Source of the DNA: Vicinamibacterales bacterium
Lineage (GTDB): Bacteria > Acidobacteriota > Vicinamibacteria > Vicinamibacterales > CAVVIG01
Length of the DNA stretch: 64,000 bases
NCBI GenBank assembly: GCA_050183995.1
Contig: JBFXAT010000015.1
Coordinates: 7,415-71,414 of the forward strand
Direction: 5' to 3'
The position numbers were made by a program, and so were the translations under genes. Each line of letters opens with the position of its first letter. Positions within the stretch are counted from its first letter, which is position 1. Shown here piece by piece: positions 17,778 through 27,174 of the stretch. The notes below the pieces were generated by a model. It had not been told where the DNA came from, made no database searches, and saw only the letters and a list, made by a program, of their open reading frames with translations.

Positions 17778-18824
17778 ATGCCTTCAATTCCCGTCGGAAT
17801 TCTCGGTGCGACCGGCATGGTCGGCCAGCAGTTCATCGCGTTGCTCGCGGATCATCCGTGGTTCAAGGTCACCTATCTGGGGGCCAGCGAGCGTTCGGCC
17901 GGCAAGCCGTTTCGCGAGGCCGCCGCGTGGCGCCTGCCGAACCGTCTGCCGGCGGAGATTGCCGACAAGGTCGTCGAGGCCGCCGCGCCCGGCACCGCGC
18001 CGATGCTGGTCTTCTCGGGGCTCGACTCGTCGGTGGCGGGAGAGATCGAGGCGGCCTTCGCGCAGGCGGGCCACACCGTCGTGAGCAACTCGCGCAACTA
18101 CCGCATGTTCGACACCGTCCCGCTGATGATCCCCGAGGTGAACGGCGATCATCTCGCGCTGCTCGAGGCGCAGAGCGCGGCCCACGGATGGAAGGGGCGC
18201 ATCCTCACCAATCCGAACTGCGCGACGGTGGTGCTGGCGATGGCGCTGGCCCCGCTTCGACAGTTCGGACTGACGTCGACGATGGTGACGACGCTGCAGG
18301 CGATCTCCGGCGCGGGATATCCGGGCGTGCCGTCCTGGGACATCCTGGGCAACATCATTCCGCACATCGGCGGCGGTGAAGAAGAGAAGATCGAGACGGA
18401 GACGAAGAAGATCCTCGGGACGCTCGGCGCCGGCCGCGTCGAGGACCACCCCGTCCGCGTCAGCGCGACGACGACACGCGTGCCGGTTCAAAACGGGCAC
18501 ACCGGCTCGATCGCGATCGGTCTCGAACAGAAGCCGGACCCGGCGGCGATTGTCGACGCCTGGCGCTCGTTCCGCGGCCGCCCGCAGGAGCTCGGCCTGC
18601 CCTCGGCCCCTCCGCAGCCGGTCGTCTACCTCGACGAGGTGAACCGGCCGCAGCCGCTGCTCGATGCCAACCGCGACGGCGGCATGACGGTGTCGGTCGG
18701 CAGGCTGCGCCCGTGTCCGCTCTTCGACTACAAGTTCGTGGCGCTCGGCCACAACACGATTCGCGGTGCCGCGGGCGCGGCGATCCTGAACGCCGAGCTG
18801 ATGCACGCCGAGGGGCTGCTGTGA
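17778..18824 (+). CDS. asd: Aspartate-semialdehyde dehydrogenase
   Basis: N-terminal Rossmann GILGATGMVGQ. NPNCATV contains the catalytic Cys. QAISGAGY and the C-terminal DNTIRGAAG-type text (HNTIRGAAGAA) are also present. Confidence 0.92.
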   Translation: MPSIPVGILGATGMVGQQFIALLADHPWFKVTYLGASERSAGKPFREAAAWRLPNRLPAEIADKVVEAAAPGTAPMLVFSGLDSSVAGEIEAAFAQAGHTVVSNSRNYRMFDTVPLMIPEVNGDHLALLEAQSAAHGWKGRILTNPNCATVVLAMALAPLRQFGLTSTMVTTLQAISGAGYPGVPSWDILGNIIPHIGGGEEEKIETETKKILGTLGAGRVEDHPVRVSATTTRVPVQNGHTGSIAIGLEQKPDPAAIVDAWRSFRGRPQELGLPSAPPQPVVYLDEVNRPQPLLDANRDGGMTVSVGRLRPCPLFDYKFVALGHNTIRGAAGAAILNAELMHAEGLL

Positions 18825-20203
18825 ACGTCATCATGAAGTTCGGCGGCACGTCGGTGGCCGACGCCGACGCCATGGGCCGCGTCATCGCGATCGTCGTCCG
18901 GCAGTGGCGCGACAACCCGGGCGATCCGCCGCCCGTGGTGGTCGTGTCGGCCATGTCGAAGGTCACCGACCGGCTCGTGGAAACAGGTCGTCTCGTCGGG
19001 GTCCAGCAGGGCGAACAGGCCGCGGGCATCGTCTCCGATCTTCTCGAGCGTCACACGAGTGTCGCCGCATCTCTGGTGCAGGGCGATCCGTTGACGGATC
19101 TGCTGGCGCAGCTCGAGGCCGACTTCGGTGCGCTCGCGGCCGACGTGCGGCAATGGGCCGAACGCGGCGAGCTGACGCCCGCCGACGCCGACGTCCTGCA
19201 GGCCATGGGAGAGCTGGCGAGCAGCCGCATCGTCGCGGCGGCGTTCCGGCAGCAGGGGGTCGACAGCGCGTGGGTCGATTCGCGCCGGGTGCTCGTGACC
19301 GATGCCGAACACTCCGCGGCGGTGCCCGACATGGAGGCCACCGAGGCCCGGGTGCAGGAGCTCGTCGCACCGCTGCGGGAGCAGGGCAAGGTTCCGGTGA
19401 TGGGCGGCTTCATCGGCGCGACCGCTGCCGGCGTCACGACGACGCTCGGCCGCGGCGGCAGCGACTACTCGGCGGCGATTTTCGGGGCCTGCCTCCATGT
19501 CGACGAGATCCAGATCTGGACCGACGTCGACGGCATGCTGACCGCGGATCCGCGCGTCGTGTCCGATCCGGTCCTCGTGCCGCAGCTCTCGTTCGCCGAG
19601 GCGTCAGAGCTCGCGTACTTCGGCGCCAAGGTGCTGCATCCGAGCACGATCCTCCCGGCCGTCGCGAGGAACATTCCGGTCCGGATCCTGAATTCCCGGC
19701 GGCCCGAGGTGCGTGGAACGCTCATCACCGCGCAGGGCCGCGGTGACAGCGGGACGCTGACCGCCCTGGCGTGCAAGCGCGGTGTCACGGTCGTCGACAT
19801 CACGTCGACCCGCATGCTGATGGCGCATGGCTTCCTGCGCCGGCTGTTCGAGGTGTTCGAGCGCTTCAGGACTCCCGTCGACGTCGTCACCACGTCCGAG
19901 GTCAGCGTGTCGGTCACCATCGACAACACGAAGCGGCTGGACGACATTCTGGGGAACCTGCGCAACTTTGCCGAGGTCAGCATGGAGCCCGACATGGCGA
20001 TCGTCTGTATCGTGGGCGAGAACCTGCGGGCCGATCCGAGCCTGTTCGGACGTGCGGTGAACTCCCTCCAACGCGTTCCGCTGCGGCTCGTATCGCAGGC
20101 GGCGTCGCGCCGGAACATCACCTTCGTCATCCGGGATCAGGACGTGACGACGGCGATGAACCTGTTGCACGAGCAGTTCTTCGGCGAGCGGGTCGCCTCC
20201 TGA
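18821..20203 (+). CDS. lysC: Aspartate kinase
   Basis: The N-terminus is (V)NVIMKFGGTSV. GRGGSDYSA and SFAEASELAYFGAKVLHP are present, with ACT-like C-terminal repeats. GTGA overlap with the asd stop. Confidence 0.92.
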   Translation: MNVIMKFGGTSVADADAMGRVIAIVVRQWRDNPGDPPPVVVVSAMSKVTDRLVETGRLVGVQQGEQAAGIVSDLLERHTSVAASLVQGDPLTDLLAQLEADFGALAADVRQWAERGELTPADADVLQAMGELASSRIVAAAFRQQGVDSAWVDSRRVLVTDAEHSAAVPDMEATEARVQELVAPLREQGKVPVMGGFIGATAAGVTTTLGRGGSDYSAAIFGACLHVDEIQIWTDVDGMLTADPRVVSDPVLVPQLSFAEASELAYFGAKVLHPSTILPAVARNIPVRILNSRRPEVRGTLITAQGRGDSGTLTALACKRGVTVVDITSTRMLMAHGFLRRLFEVFERFRTPVDVVTTSEVSVSVTIDNTKRLDDILGNLRNFAEVSMEPDMAIVCIVGENLRADPSLFGRAVNSLQRVPLRLVSQAASRRNITFVIRDQDVTTAMNLLHEQFFGERVAS

Positions 20204-20913
20204 TGCGCATCGTCATCGTCGGCTACGGAAAGATGGGGCGCCTCATCGCGGGGCTGGCGCCGCAGTACGGCTGTGAAGTCGCCGGGGTGGTCGATCCCGC
20301 TTCGGATGTCCACACCGCCGATGCCGGCGATCCGCGCTGGAAGGGTGTCGATGCCGCGATCGACTTCACGGTGCCGGATGCGGTGATCGCCAACGTGTCC
20401 GCGTTTGCGGCCCACGGCGTCAACGTCGTGCTCGGCACCACCGGCTGGCAGCAGCACGAGGACGAGCTCAGACGGATCGTGGCGTCGGCGAACATTGGCA
20501 TCGTCGCCGCGCCGAACTTCTCGACCGGAGTCGTGCTGTTCGAGACCGTCGTGGCGCGTGCGGCGCGGCTGTTCGCCTCGCAGAACGAATTCGGGGCGTG
20601 GCTCCACGAGGCCCACCACGCCGCGAAGAAGGATGCGCCTTCCGGCACGGCCTTGAAGCTCAAGAGGTCCATGGAGGACGCCGGGTTCGGCCGGACGATC
20701 GACGTCTCGGCCACTCGGGCCGGCTACATTCCAGGCACGCATACGATTGGCTTCGACGGACCTTCCGAATCGATTACGCTCACACATACCGCGCGCGACA
20801 GGGGTTCGTTCGCCAGAGGCGCGCTGACCGCGGCCTCGTGGGTCGCCGGGCGCCGGGGCTGGTTCACCATGCGCGACGTGCTCGGAGTTGCGGATCCCGC
20901 AGCGGCCGATTGA
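20203..20913 (+). CDS. dapB: 4-hydroxy-tetrahydrodipicolinate reductase
   Basis: MRIVIVGYGKMGR Rossmann start, with APNFSTGV and EAHHAAKKDAPSGTA (the E-x-HH-x-K-x-DAPSGTA signature). TGATG overlap with lysC. Confidence 0.9.
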   Translation: MRIVIVGYGKMGRLIAGLAPQYGCEVAGVVDPASDVHTADAGDPRWKGVDAAIDFTVPDAVIANVSAFAAHGVNVVLGTTGWQQHEDELRRIVASANIGIVAAPNFSTGVVLFETVVARAARLFASQNEFGAWLHEAHHAAKKDAPSGTALKLKRSMEDAGFGRTIDVSATRAGYIPGTHTIGFDGPSESITLTHTARDRGSFARGALTAASWVAGRRGWFTMRDVLGVADPAAAD

Positions 20914-20935
20914 TGATTGAGTTGAAGAATCAAGG

Positions 20936-21838
20936 ATGACTAGCCCATTCACGGGAGTCGGCACCGCGCTCGTCACGCCGTTCACCGCGTCAGGCGACCT
21001 CGACGAAGCGGCGGTACGTCGGCTCGGCCGGCGGCAGATCGACGCGGGCATCCACTTTCTGGTGCCTTGCGGGACCACCGGCGAGAGTCCGACGCTCAGC
21101 GACCGCGAGCGCCTTCGGATCGTAGAGATCCTGGTCGACGAGGCATCGGGCGCCGTGCCGGTTCTGGCCGGCGCCGGCGGCTACGATACACGCGAAGTCG
21201 TCCACCTCGCGGCCGCCATGAAACAGGCCGGCGCGGCCGGTCTGCTCTCCGTCACCCCCTACTACAACAAGCCGACTCAGGAAGGGCTGTTCCTCCACTA
21301 TCGCTCGATTGCCGAGAGCACCGACCTGCCGATCGTGGTCTACAACGTTCCTGGCCGGACCGGTGTCAACGTCGAGCCGTCCACTCTCGCTCGACTCGCG
21401 GCGATTCCGAACATCGTCGGCGTGAAGGAAGCATCGGGCAACATCACCCAGATGTGCGAAGTCTGCCGCGTGGTGCCTCCGGAGTTCGTCGTGCTCTCGG
21501 GCGACGATGCGATCACGCTGCCGCTGATGGCGATCGGGGGCCACGGCGTGATCTCCGTGGCGTCGAACGAGATCCCGGCGGAAATGGTGGTGATGGTCGA
21601 GGCGGCCGCCGCGGGCGATTTCGCCGCCGCCCGGGCGGTGCACGCGCGCATCCTGCCGCTGATGCAGGTGAACTTCGTCGAGGCGAATCCGATCCCGGTG
21701 AAGGCGGCGATGTCCGCCATGGGTTTGCTCGAGGAGATCTACCGCCTCCCCATGTGTCCGCCGAAGCCCGAGTCCAAGGAGAAGATCGTTCGGGTGCTGC
21801 GGGACTTCGGCCTGGTCAAACCTGCCTTCGCGGAGTGA
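20936..21838 (+). CDS. dapA: 4-hydroxy-tetrahydrodipicolinate synthase
   Basis: GVGTALVTPF, LVPCGTTGESPTLS, YYNKP and GVKEASGN (Schiff-base Lys context). Confidence 0.93.
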   Translation: MTSPFTGVGTALVTPFTASGDLDEAAVRRLGRRQIDAGIHFLVPCGTTGESPTLSDRERLRIVEILVDEASGAVPVLAGAGGYDTREVVHLAAAMKQAGAAGLLSVTPYYNKPTQEGLFLHYRSIAESTDLPIVVYNVPGRTGVNVEPSTLARLAAIPNIVGVKEASGNITQMCEVCRVVPPEFVVLSGDDAITLPLMAIGGHGVISVASNEIPAEMVVMVEAAAAGDFAAARAVHARILPLMQVNFVEANPIPVKAAMSAMGLLEEIYRLPMCPPKPESKEKIVRVLRDFGLVKPAFAE

Positions 21839-21871
21839 CGCGATGATCGCTCCCGAGTCCGAGCTCTGAAG

Positions 21872-22936
21872 ATGCCGGCCCTCGCCGACACCGGGCTCGA
21901 CCTCGTCGCGTTGACCCGAACGCTGGTCGACATCGATTCGACGACCGGCCGCGAGCGGGACACGGCGCTGTGGCTCTCGCGATACCTGCGACAGCTTGGA
22001 TTCGTCGTCGACGAACAGCCGGTGGACGACCTGCGATTCAATCTCGTCGCGACCGTCGACCCCGCCGCGCCGCCCGCCGTGGTGCTCTCGACGCACATGG
22101 ATTGCGTGCCGCCGTTCTTTCCCAGCCGGGTCGAGAACGGTCGGATCTACGGCAGGGGCGCGTGTGATGCCAAGGGGATCCTCGCTGCGCAGATCGCCGC
22201 GGTCGACCGCCTGCGTCGAGAGGGTGAGTCGCGCGTGGGCCTGCTCTTCGTCGTCGGAGAGGAGCGCGGAAGCGACGGCGCGAAGCGAGCGAACCTCGTG
22301 CCCGGGGGAAGCCGCTACCTGGTGGACGGAGAGCCGACCGAGGGGCGCTTGGGCGTGGCGACACGGGGGATCCTCCGCGTCCGCCTGCGCGCGAACGGCC
22401 GCGCGGCGCACTCGTCGTTCCCCGAGCTCGGCGAATCGGCGATCGACAAGCTGATCGACGCGCTCACCCTGCTGCGCGGCATCGAGCTGCCCGCGGATCC
22501 GCTGCTGGGGCGGACGCATTTCACCATCGGGCTCATCGCCGGCGGCGTCGCCCCGAATGTCGTCCCTCCGTCGGCGGAAGCGGAGGTGATGTTTCGCACG
22601 GTGAGCGCCGCGGCGGAGGTCGAGGCCTGTTTGCGGCCGCTCGATCGACTGGTTCTCGTGCAACACATCCTGGAAGTGCCGCCGGTGCGGATGGCGACCG
22701 TCTCAGGATTCGACACGGCGGTCTTCCCGTTCGCGACCGACATCCCGTTTCTCGCCGCCTGGGGTGAGCCGCTGCTCTTCGGTCCGGGCTCGATCCACGT
22801 TGCGCACACCGCTCACGAGTTCATCGACATTGGCGAGCAGGCCTCGGCGGTCGACGCATACGTCCGGATCGCCCGTGCGCTGCTCGCCGGGCAGGCCGTA
22901 CCCACTCTCGGGGCCGGCACCGGCGAGTCGTCGTGA
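21872..22936 (+). CDS. M20-family metallopeptidase (DapE/ArgE-like deacylase)
   Basis: STHMDCVP, GRGACDAKG and FVVGEERGSDGA are the M20 metal and catalytic motifs. Its position after dapA suggests the DAP pathway, but that is not proven. Confidence 0.85.
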   Translation: MPALADTGLDLVALTRTLVDIDSTTGRERDTALWLSRYLRQLGFVVDEQPVDDLRFNLVATVDPAAPPAVVLSTHMDCVPPFFPSRVENGRIYGRGACDAKGILAAQIAAVDRLRREGESRVGLLFVVGEERGSDGAKRANLVPGGSRYLVDGEPTEGRLGVATRGILRVRLRANGRAAHSSFPELGESAIDKLIDALTLLRGIELPADPLLGRTHFTIGLIAGGVAPNVVPPSAEAEVMFRTVSAAAEVEACLRPLDRLVLVQHILEVPPVRMATVSGFDTAVFPFATDIPFLAAWGEPLLFGPGSIHVAHTAHEFIDIGEQASAVDAYVRIARALLAGQAVPTLGAGTGESS

Positions 22937-24720
22937 CCGGCGTCGCGCCGAGCGGAGAATACCAGCGGCGTATCGCCGCGCTCGATCAGTCCATCGCCGC
23001 GCTCGACCGCGCGCACCTGCGCACGTCGAACCTCCGCCTCGCCGCGTTCGGTGCAGCAGCGGTGCTGGCCTGGCTGGCGTTCGGGCGCGGGGGGATCGGC
23101 CCTTGGTGGGTCGCGCTGCCTGTCGCGGCCTTCCTGACGTTGCTCGTCGTGCACGCGCGCCTGCTCAATGCACGCGATCGCGTGTGGCGGGCAAGGCGTT
23201 ACTACGAGCGGGGACTCAGCCGGCTCGACGGTACGTGGGTCGGAAGCGGCGCCGACGGCGCGCGATTCCTGGACGGGCACCACCTGTACGCGCGCGATCT
23301 GGATCTCTTCGGCAGGGGGTCGCTCTTCCAACTGCTCAACACGACGCGGACGGAAGCCGGCGAGCAGACGCTCGCCGACTGGCTGCGAACGCCCGCCGGC
23401 GCAGACGAGGTGCACGCGCGCCAGCGCGCGGTCGCCGAACTGCGCGACCGCCTCGACTTCAGGGAAACCCTCGCCGTGCTCGCCGCCGAGGCACATGTCT
23501 CTCGATCGGGTCTGCTTGCCCGGTGGGCAGGCACGGAGCCGGCCGGACTCGGTCCCACACATGCGGTGCTGTTCGCCGGATGTGCACTCGTGACGGCGCT
23601 GTTGGTCGCGGCCGTTGCGCTCGATGCCGCCTCCGGCGCGGTCCTCCTGTGGTGGCTCGCAGTTCCGGCTTCGGTTGCCCTGTGGCACAAGCGCAGGATC
23701 TGGGAGGTGATTCGCCGCGTCGACGCGGTCGCGGCCGATCTGACGCTCCTGGCCGATCTGCTCCGCGTACTCGAACAGGCCTCGTTCGAGGCGCCACGCC
23801 TCGCCGTGCTGCGCAGCGCGCTCGCCGGGAGCCGACGCCCCTCGGATCTCATGCGCCAACTCGGACGCTTCGTCGCGGCGCGCGACGCGCTTCGCAACGA
23901 GTTCGTGCGTCCGTTCGGACTGTTGCTTCTCGTACGTAGCCAGGCCGCGGTCGCGATCGACCGCTGGCACTACAAGCATCGGCGGTCGCTGCAGGCATGG
24001 TTGACGGCCATCGGGGAATTCGAGGCCTTCGCCTCTCTCGCGACACACGCCTACGAACACCCCTCCGACATCGTTCCCACCATTGCGCACGACGGGCCGG
24101 TGCTCGACGCGACGGGCCTCGGGCATCCGCTCATTCCCGAAGACACGGTCGTGCGAAACGACCTGGGCCTGGGAGGGAGCGCTCCGAGGCTGCTGCTGGT
24201 CAGCGGGTCGAACATGTCCGGGAAGAGCACGCTGCTGCGCGCTGTCGGTGCCAACGTCGTGCTTGCGCTCGCGGGAGGCACCGTTCGCGCGACCCGGCTG
24301 ACGCTCTCGCCGCTGGCGATCGGCGCGACGATGCGCATCCAAGATTCTCTGGAGGAGGGGCACTCTCGCTTCTACAGCGAGATCCTCCGCATTCGCGACA
24401 TCGTCGATCTGTCACGCGGCCCCGTGCCGGTTCTGTTCCTGCTCGACGAGATCCTGCACGGCACGAATTCCCACGATCGTCGGATTGGGGCCGAGGCGAT
24501 CGTGCGCACGCTCGTCGAAGCCGGCGGCATCGGCCTCGTGACGACACACGATCTGGCGCTGACGGCTCTGGTCGCGACGCTCGGCGGCCGAGCGCGCAAC
24601 GTCCACTTCGAGGACAGGCTCGAAGAGGGACGGATGTGCTTCGACTATCGGATGCGCGACGGCGTGGTCGAACGCAGCAACGCGCTCGAACTGATGCGCG
24701 CGGTGGGCATCACGGTGTAG
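22933..24720 (+). CDS. MutS-related ATPase (MutS domain V only) with internal TM helices; no mismatch-binding domain
   Basis: 595 aa with Walker A GSNMSGKSTLLRAVG, then SRFYSEI, Walker B LFLLDEILHGTN and TTHD. Two hydrophobic blocks lie near residues 35-75 and 210-250. GTGA overlap with the M20 gene stop. Confidence 0.85.
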   Translation: MTGVAPSGEYQRRIAALDQSIAALDRAHLRTSNLRLAAFGAAAVLAWLAFGRGGIGPWWVALPVAAFLTLLVVHARLLNARDRVWRARRYYERGLSRLDGTWVGSGADGARFLDGHHLYARDLDLFGRGSLFQLLNTTRTEAGEQTLADWLRTPAGADEVHARQRAVAELRDRLDFRETLAVLAAEAHVSRSGLLARWAGTEPAGLGPTHAVLFAGCALVTALLVAAVALDAASGAVLLWWLAVPASVALWHKRRIWEVIRRVDAVAADLTLLADLLRVLEQASFEAPRLAVLRSALAGSRRPSDLMRQLGRFVAARDALRNEFVRPFGLLLLVRSQAAVAIDRWHYKHRRSLQAWLTAIGEFEAFASLATHAYEHPSDIVPTIAHDGPVLDATGLGHPLIPEDTVVRNDLGLGGSAPRLLLVSGSNMSGKSTLLRAVGANVVLALAGGTVRATRLTLSPLAIGATMRIQDSLEEGHSRFYSEILRIRDIVDLSRGPVPVLFLLDEILHGTNSHDRRIGAEAIVRTLVEAGGIGLVTTHDLALTALVATLGGRARNVHFEDRLEEGRMCFDYRMRDGVVERSNALELMRAVGITV

Positions 24721-24971
24721 GCGCCAGGCACCGAGCGGAGGGGGATCGCAACGGCGCGTGGATTGCAGTCTTCATCGGCACTTCCATGATTGAACAACCT
24801 CAGACGCCAAACACTCCGCGGCCGCCGGACGGCATCGACACGCCGCCTCCGGACATCAAGCCGGTGCCTCCTCCGGATATTCCACCGCCGGCGGGTCCGC
24901 CCGATATCCAGCCGCCGCCGAGGCCGGAGCCCCCGACGCTGCCGATCTGAACGGGAGTCCGCCACTCCAGT

Positions 24972-26315
24972 TCAGCTGCCAGCGAGCACCATCTCGGCGG
25001 AGAGTGCCAACTGCAGCAAGTCGTCGGTCCGGCCAGATCGCCCGACGAGTTGGAGACCGACCGGCAAGGATCCCGCCCCCGATCCACACGGGATGCTGAT
25101 CGCTGGATGCCCGGTGATGTTGAAGAGCTGGGTCAGACGGAGCATGGCAGTGCGGATGGGCAGCACCGTCCCGCCGATCTCGACTTCCGTGGTTCCGATC
25201 GCCGGCGCGACGATGGGAAGCGTCGGCAGCACGAGTGCGTCGACGCCGTCGAGTGCCGCGTCGACTTCGCGGGTCAATGTCGCGCGCGCGTCCAGCGCGC
25301 GTACGTAGTCCTCGGCCAGAACGTAGCGGGCCGTTTCCAGGCGCAGGCGCACGTCGTGTGTGTACCGATCAGGCATCGAGTCGAGCGTCGATGCATGGTA
25401 GGCGGCTGCATCCCCGAACAGCAGGTGGATATAGGCAGGTCCGATGAGCGGGGCGCTCGGGATCGCGACATCCACCAGTGTCATGCCCGCGCGACGGAGC
25501 GTGTCGAGCGCTAACTCGAACGCCCGCCGCACGTCATCCTGAAGCAGATCGCAAAAATGGGTCCTCAGCACACCCACGCGTAGCGTCGCTGGCGCCAGCG
25601 CCGACAACGGCGTCACCGCCGTGTGGCCGCGAAGCGCGTCGAGCACGAGCCACGCGTCCGCCACGCTCCGCGCGAGTGGACCGGCGTGATCCATCGTGCG
25701 TGACAGCGGAATCACACCGTTCGTGGAGATCTCGCCGTAGGTCGCCTTGAGTCCAACGACTCCACACACCGCGGCCGGAATGCGGATCGATCCGCCCGTA
25801 TCGGTCCCGAGGCTTGCGAGCACCATGTCCGAGGCGACGCTCGCGGCCGACCCACCGCTCGACCCGCCAGGCGACCGGGTTGGGTCCAGCGGATGCCTCG
25901 CCGGGCCGAACGCGGAGTCCTCGTTGGTCGTGCCGAGCGCGAACTCGTGGAGATTCGTCTTCCCGACGATGACGGCGCCGGCGCGCCGGAGCGAGGCCAC
26001 GGCCGCCGCGTCCCGATCGGAGACGATGCCTTCGCGGACCCTCGACCCGGCCGACGTGACGCTTCCGGCGAGGTGGACGATGTCCTTGATCGACATCGGC
26101 ACGCCGTGCAGCGGCCCGCGATCGAGTCCGCCGGCAAGCTCGCGATCCAGTTCGGCTGCGTGGCGCCTCGCCTCGTCGGCCAGCACGAGCACGAACGCGT
26201 TCAGGCGCACGTTCTGGCGCTCGATCGCCCGCAGGCACTCCGCCGCCGCTTCCGAGGCGCTGATCGATCGCGTCCGCAGCGCGCGGCCGAAGGCTTCGAT
26301 CGTCTGCGGGATCAT
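24972..26315 (-). CDS. Amidase-signature family enzyme (GatA/AtzE-like)
   Basis: GPLHGVPMSIKD plus GGSSGGSAA, the amidase signature containing the Ser-cisSer-Lys triad elements. Confidence 0.9.
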   Translation of the reverse strand: MIPQTIEAFGRALRTRSISASEAAAECLRAIERQNVRLNAFVLVLADEARRHAAELDRELAGGLDRGPLHGVPMSIKDIVHLAGSVTSAGSRVREGIVSDRDAAAVASLRRAGAVIVGKTNLHEFALGTTNEDSAFGPARHPLDPTRSPGGSSGGSAASVASDMVLASLGTDTGGSIRIPAAVCGVVGLKATYGEISTNGVIPLSRTMDHAGPLARSVADAWLVLDALRGHTAVTPLSALAPATLRVGVLRTHFCDLLQDDVRRAFELALDTLRRAGMTLVDVAIPSAPLIGPAYIHLLFGDAAAYHASTLDSMPDRYTHDVRLRLETARYVLAEDYVRALDARATLTREVDAALDGVDALVLPTLPIVAPAIGTTEVEIGGTVLPIRTAMLRLTQLFNITGHPAISIPCGSGAGSLPVGLQLVGRSGRTDDLLQLALSAEMVLAGS

Positions 26316-26470
26316 TCCGCGCCATCGCGCTCGTCGGCGCGGCCTCCGGGCGCGGCGTCGCGCAGCGATCGGGCTGCCTGTGCAAGGCTCTCCAGCAGCG
26401 GCCGGAGCTCGGGCAGACCACGCCGATCGGCGTCGGCGAGTGCGGCGTTCAGCCAGTCTTCAAGGGTCAT
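26312..26470 (-). CDS. Tiny helical ORF translationally coupled to the amidase (possible GatC/AtzG-like partner)
   Basis: 52 aa from ATG 26470 (MTLEDWLNAALADADRRGLPELRPLLESLAQAARSL...). Its TGA overlaps the amidase ATG (ATGA at 26312-26315). The functional call is inference only. Confidence 0.4.
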   Translation of the reverse strand: MTLEDWLNAALADADRRGLPELRPLLESLAQAARSLRDAAPGGRADERDGAE

Positions 26471-26490
26471 CGTCTCGATCGCTCGCCGCG

Positions 26491-27156
26491 TCAGACCGGC
26501 GTGTCCGCGGGGCGCTTCACCGAGAGTGCCACGCCGTCGCGCAGCGGCACCGTCGCGGTCATCAGCTCGGGATGTCGGTTCAGGCGTTCGTTGTACTCGG
26601 CGATCGCCCGCGTGTCTTCGGCCTCGTGCGCCGGTGCGGTGGTATACCCCGGCACGACCTCTCCGTTCCACAGCACGTTGTCGGTGATGAGCAGCCCGCC
26701 CGGCCGCAGCAGTCTGACGAGGGGGTCGAGCAACGGTCCGTACAGCACCTTGCTGCCGTCCTGGAAGATCAGATCGAACGGGCCCGCGAGCTTCACGATC
26801 TTCAACTGCGCGTCGCCGACGATGACGCTGACGCGGGAGTCGAGGCCCGCGCGCTGGAAGTTCTCCTTCGCGATCGCCGCCCGGGCCGGGTCCCTTTCGA
26901 TCGTGATCAGCATGCCGTCTGGCGGAAGGGCACCGGCCAACCAGAGGCCCGAATAGCCGATCGCGGTGCCGATTTCCAGGATGCGCCGCGCCCCGGTTGC
27001 CGTGGCCAGCACGCGCAGGAGCGCACCCACTTCCGCATCGACGAGCGGCAGCCCCTGTTCTGCGCCGCGCGCGGCGATCGACTCGAGCAGCGGATCGTTC
27101 ACGCGATTCAATCCGCCGAGGTAGCGCTCGATGAGGTCGGGAACGATCTGGCCCAT
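26491..27156 (-). CDS. Class I SAM-dependent O-methyltransferase (caffeoyl-CoA OMT-like, family 3)
   Basis: ILEIGTAIGYS is SAM motif I. ITIERDP, FQRAGL..RV..IVGDA and FDLIFQDG are also present. Start taken at ATG 27156 (the alternative is 27183). Confidence 0.85.
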   Translation of the reverse strand: MGQIVPDLIERYLGGLNRVNDPLLESIAARGAEQGLPLVDAEVGALLRVLATATGARRILEIGTAIGYSGLWLAGALPPDGMLITIERDPARAAIAKENFQRAGLDSRVSVIVGDAQLKIVKLAGPFDLIFQDGSKVLYGPLLDPLVRLLRPGGLLITDNVLWNGEVVPGYTTAPAHEAEDTRAIAEYNERLNRHPELMTATVPLRDGVALSVKRPADTPV

Positions 27157-27174
27157 AATGAAAATGGATTCTAC

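Noticed and set aside
22813-24363. 516-aa minus-strand ORF antisense to the mutS-like gene
   Set aside because: Arg/Gly/Pro-rich text without motifs. The plus-strand frame carries Walker A/B and MutS signature text.
25747-27174. Upstream 476 codons of the listed 944-aa ORF 25747..28581
   Set aside because: It is antisense to the amidase, mini-ORF and O-methyltransferase genes and has no motifs. Pyruvate kinase text starts at MRHTKIIATVGP (ATG 27175).
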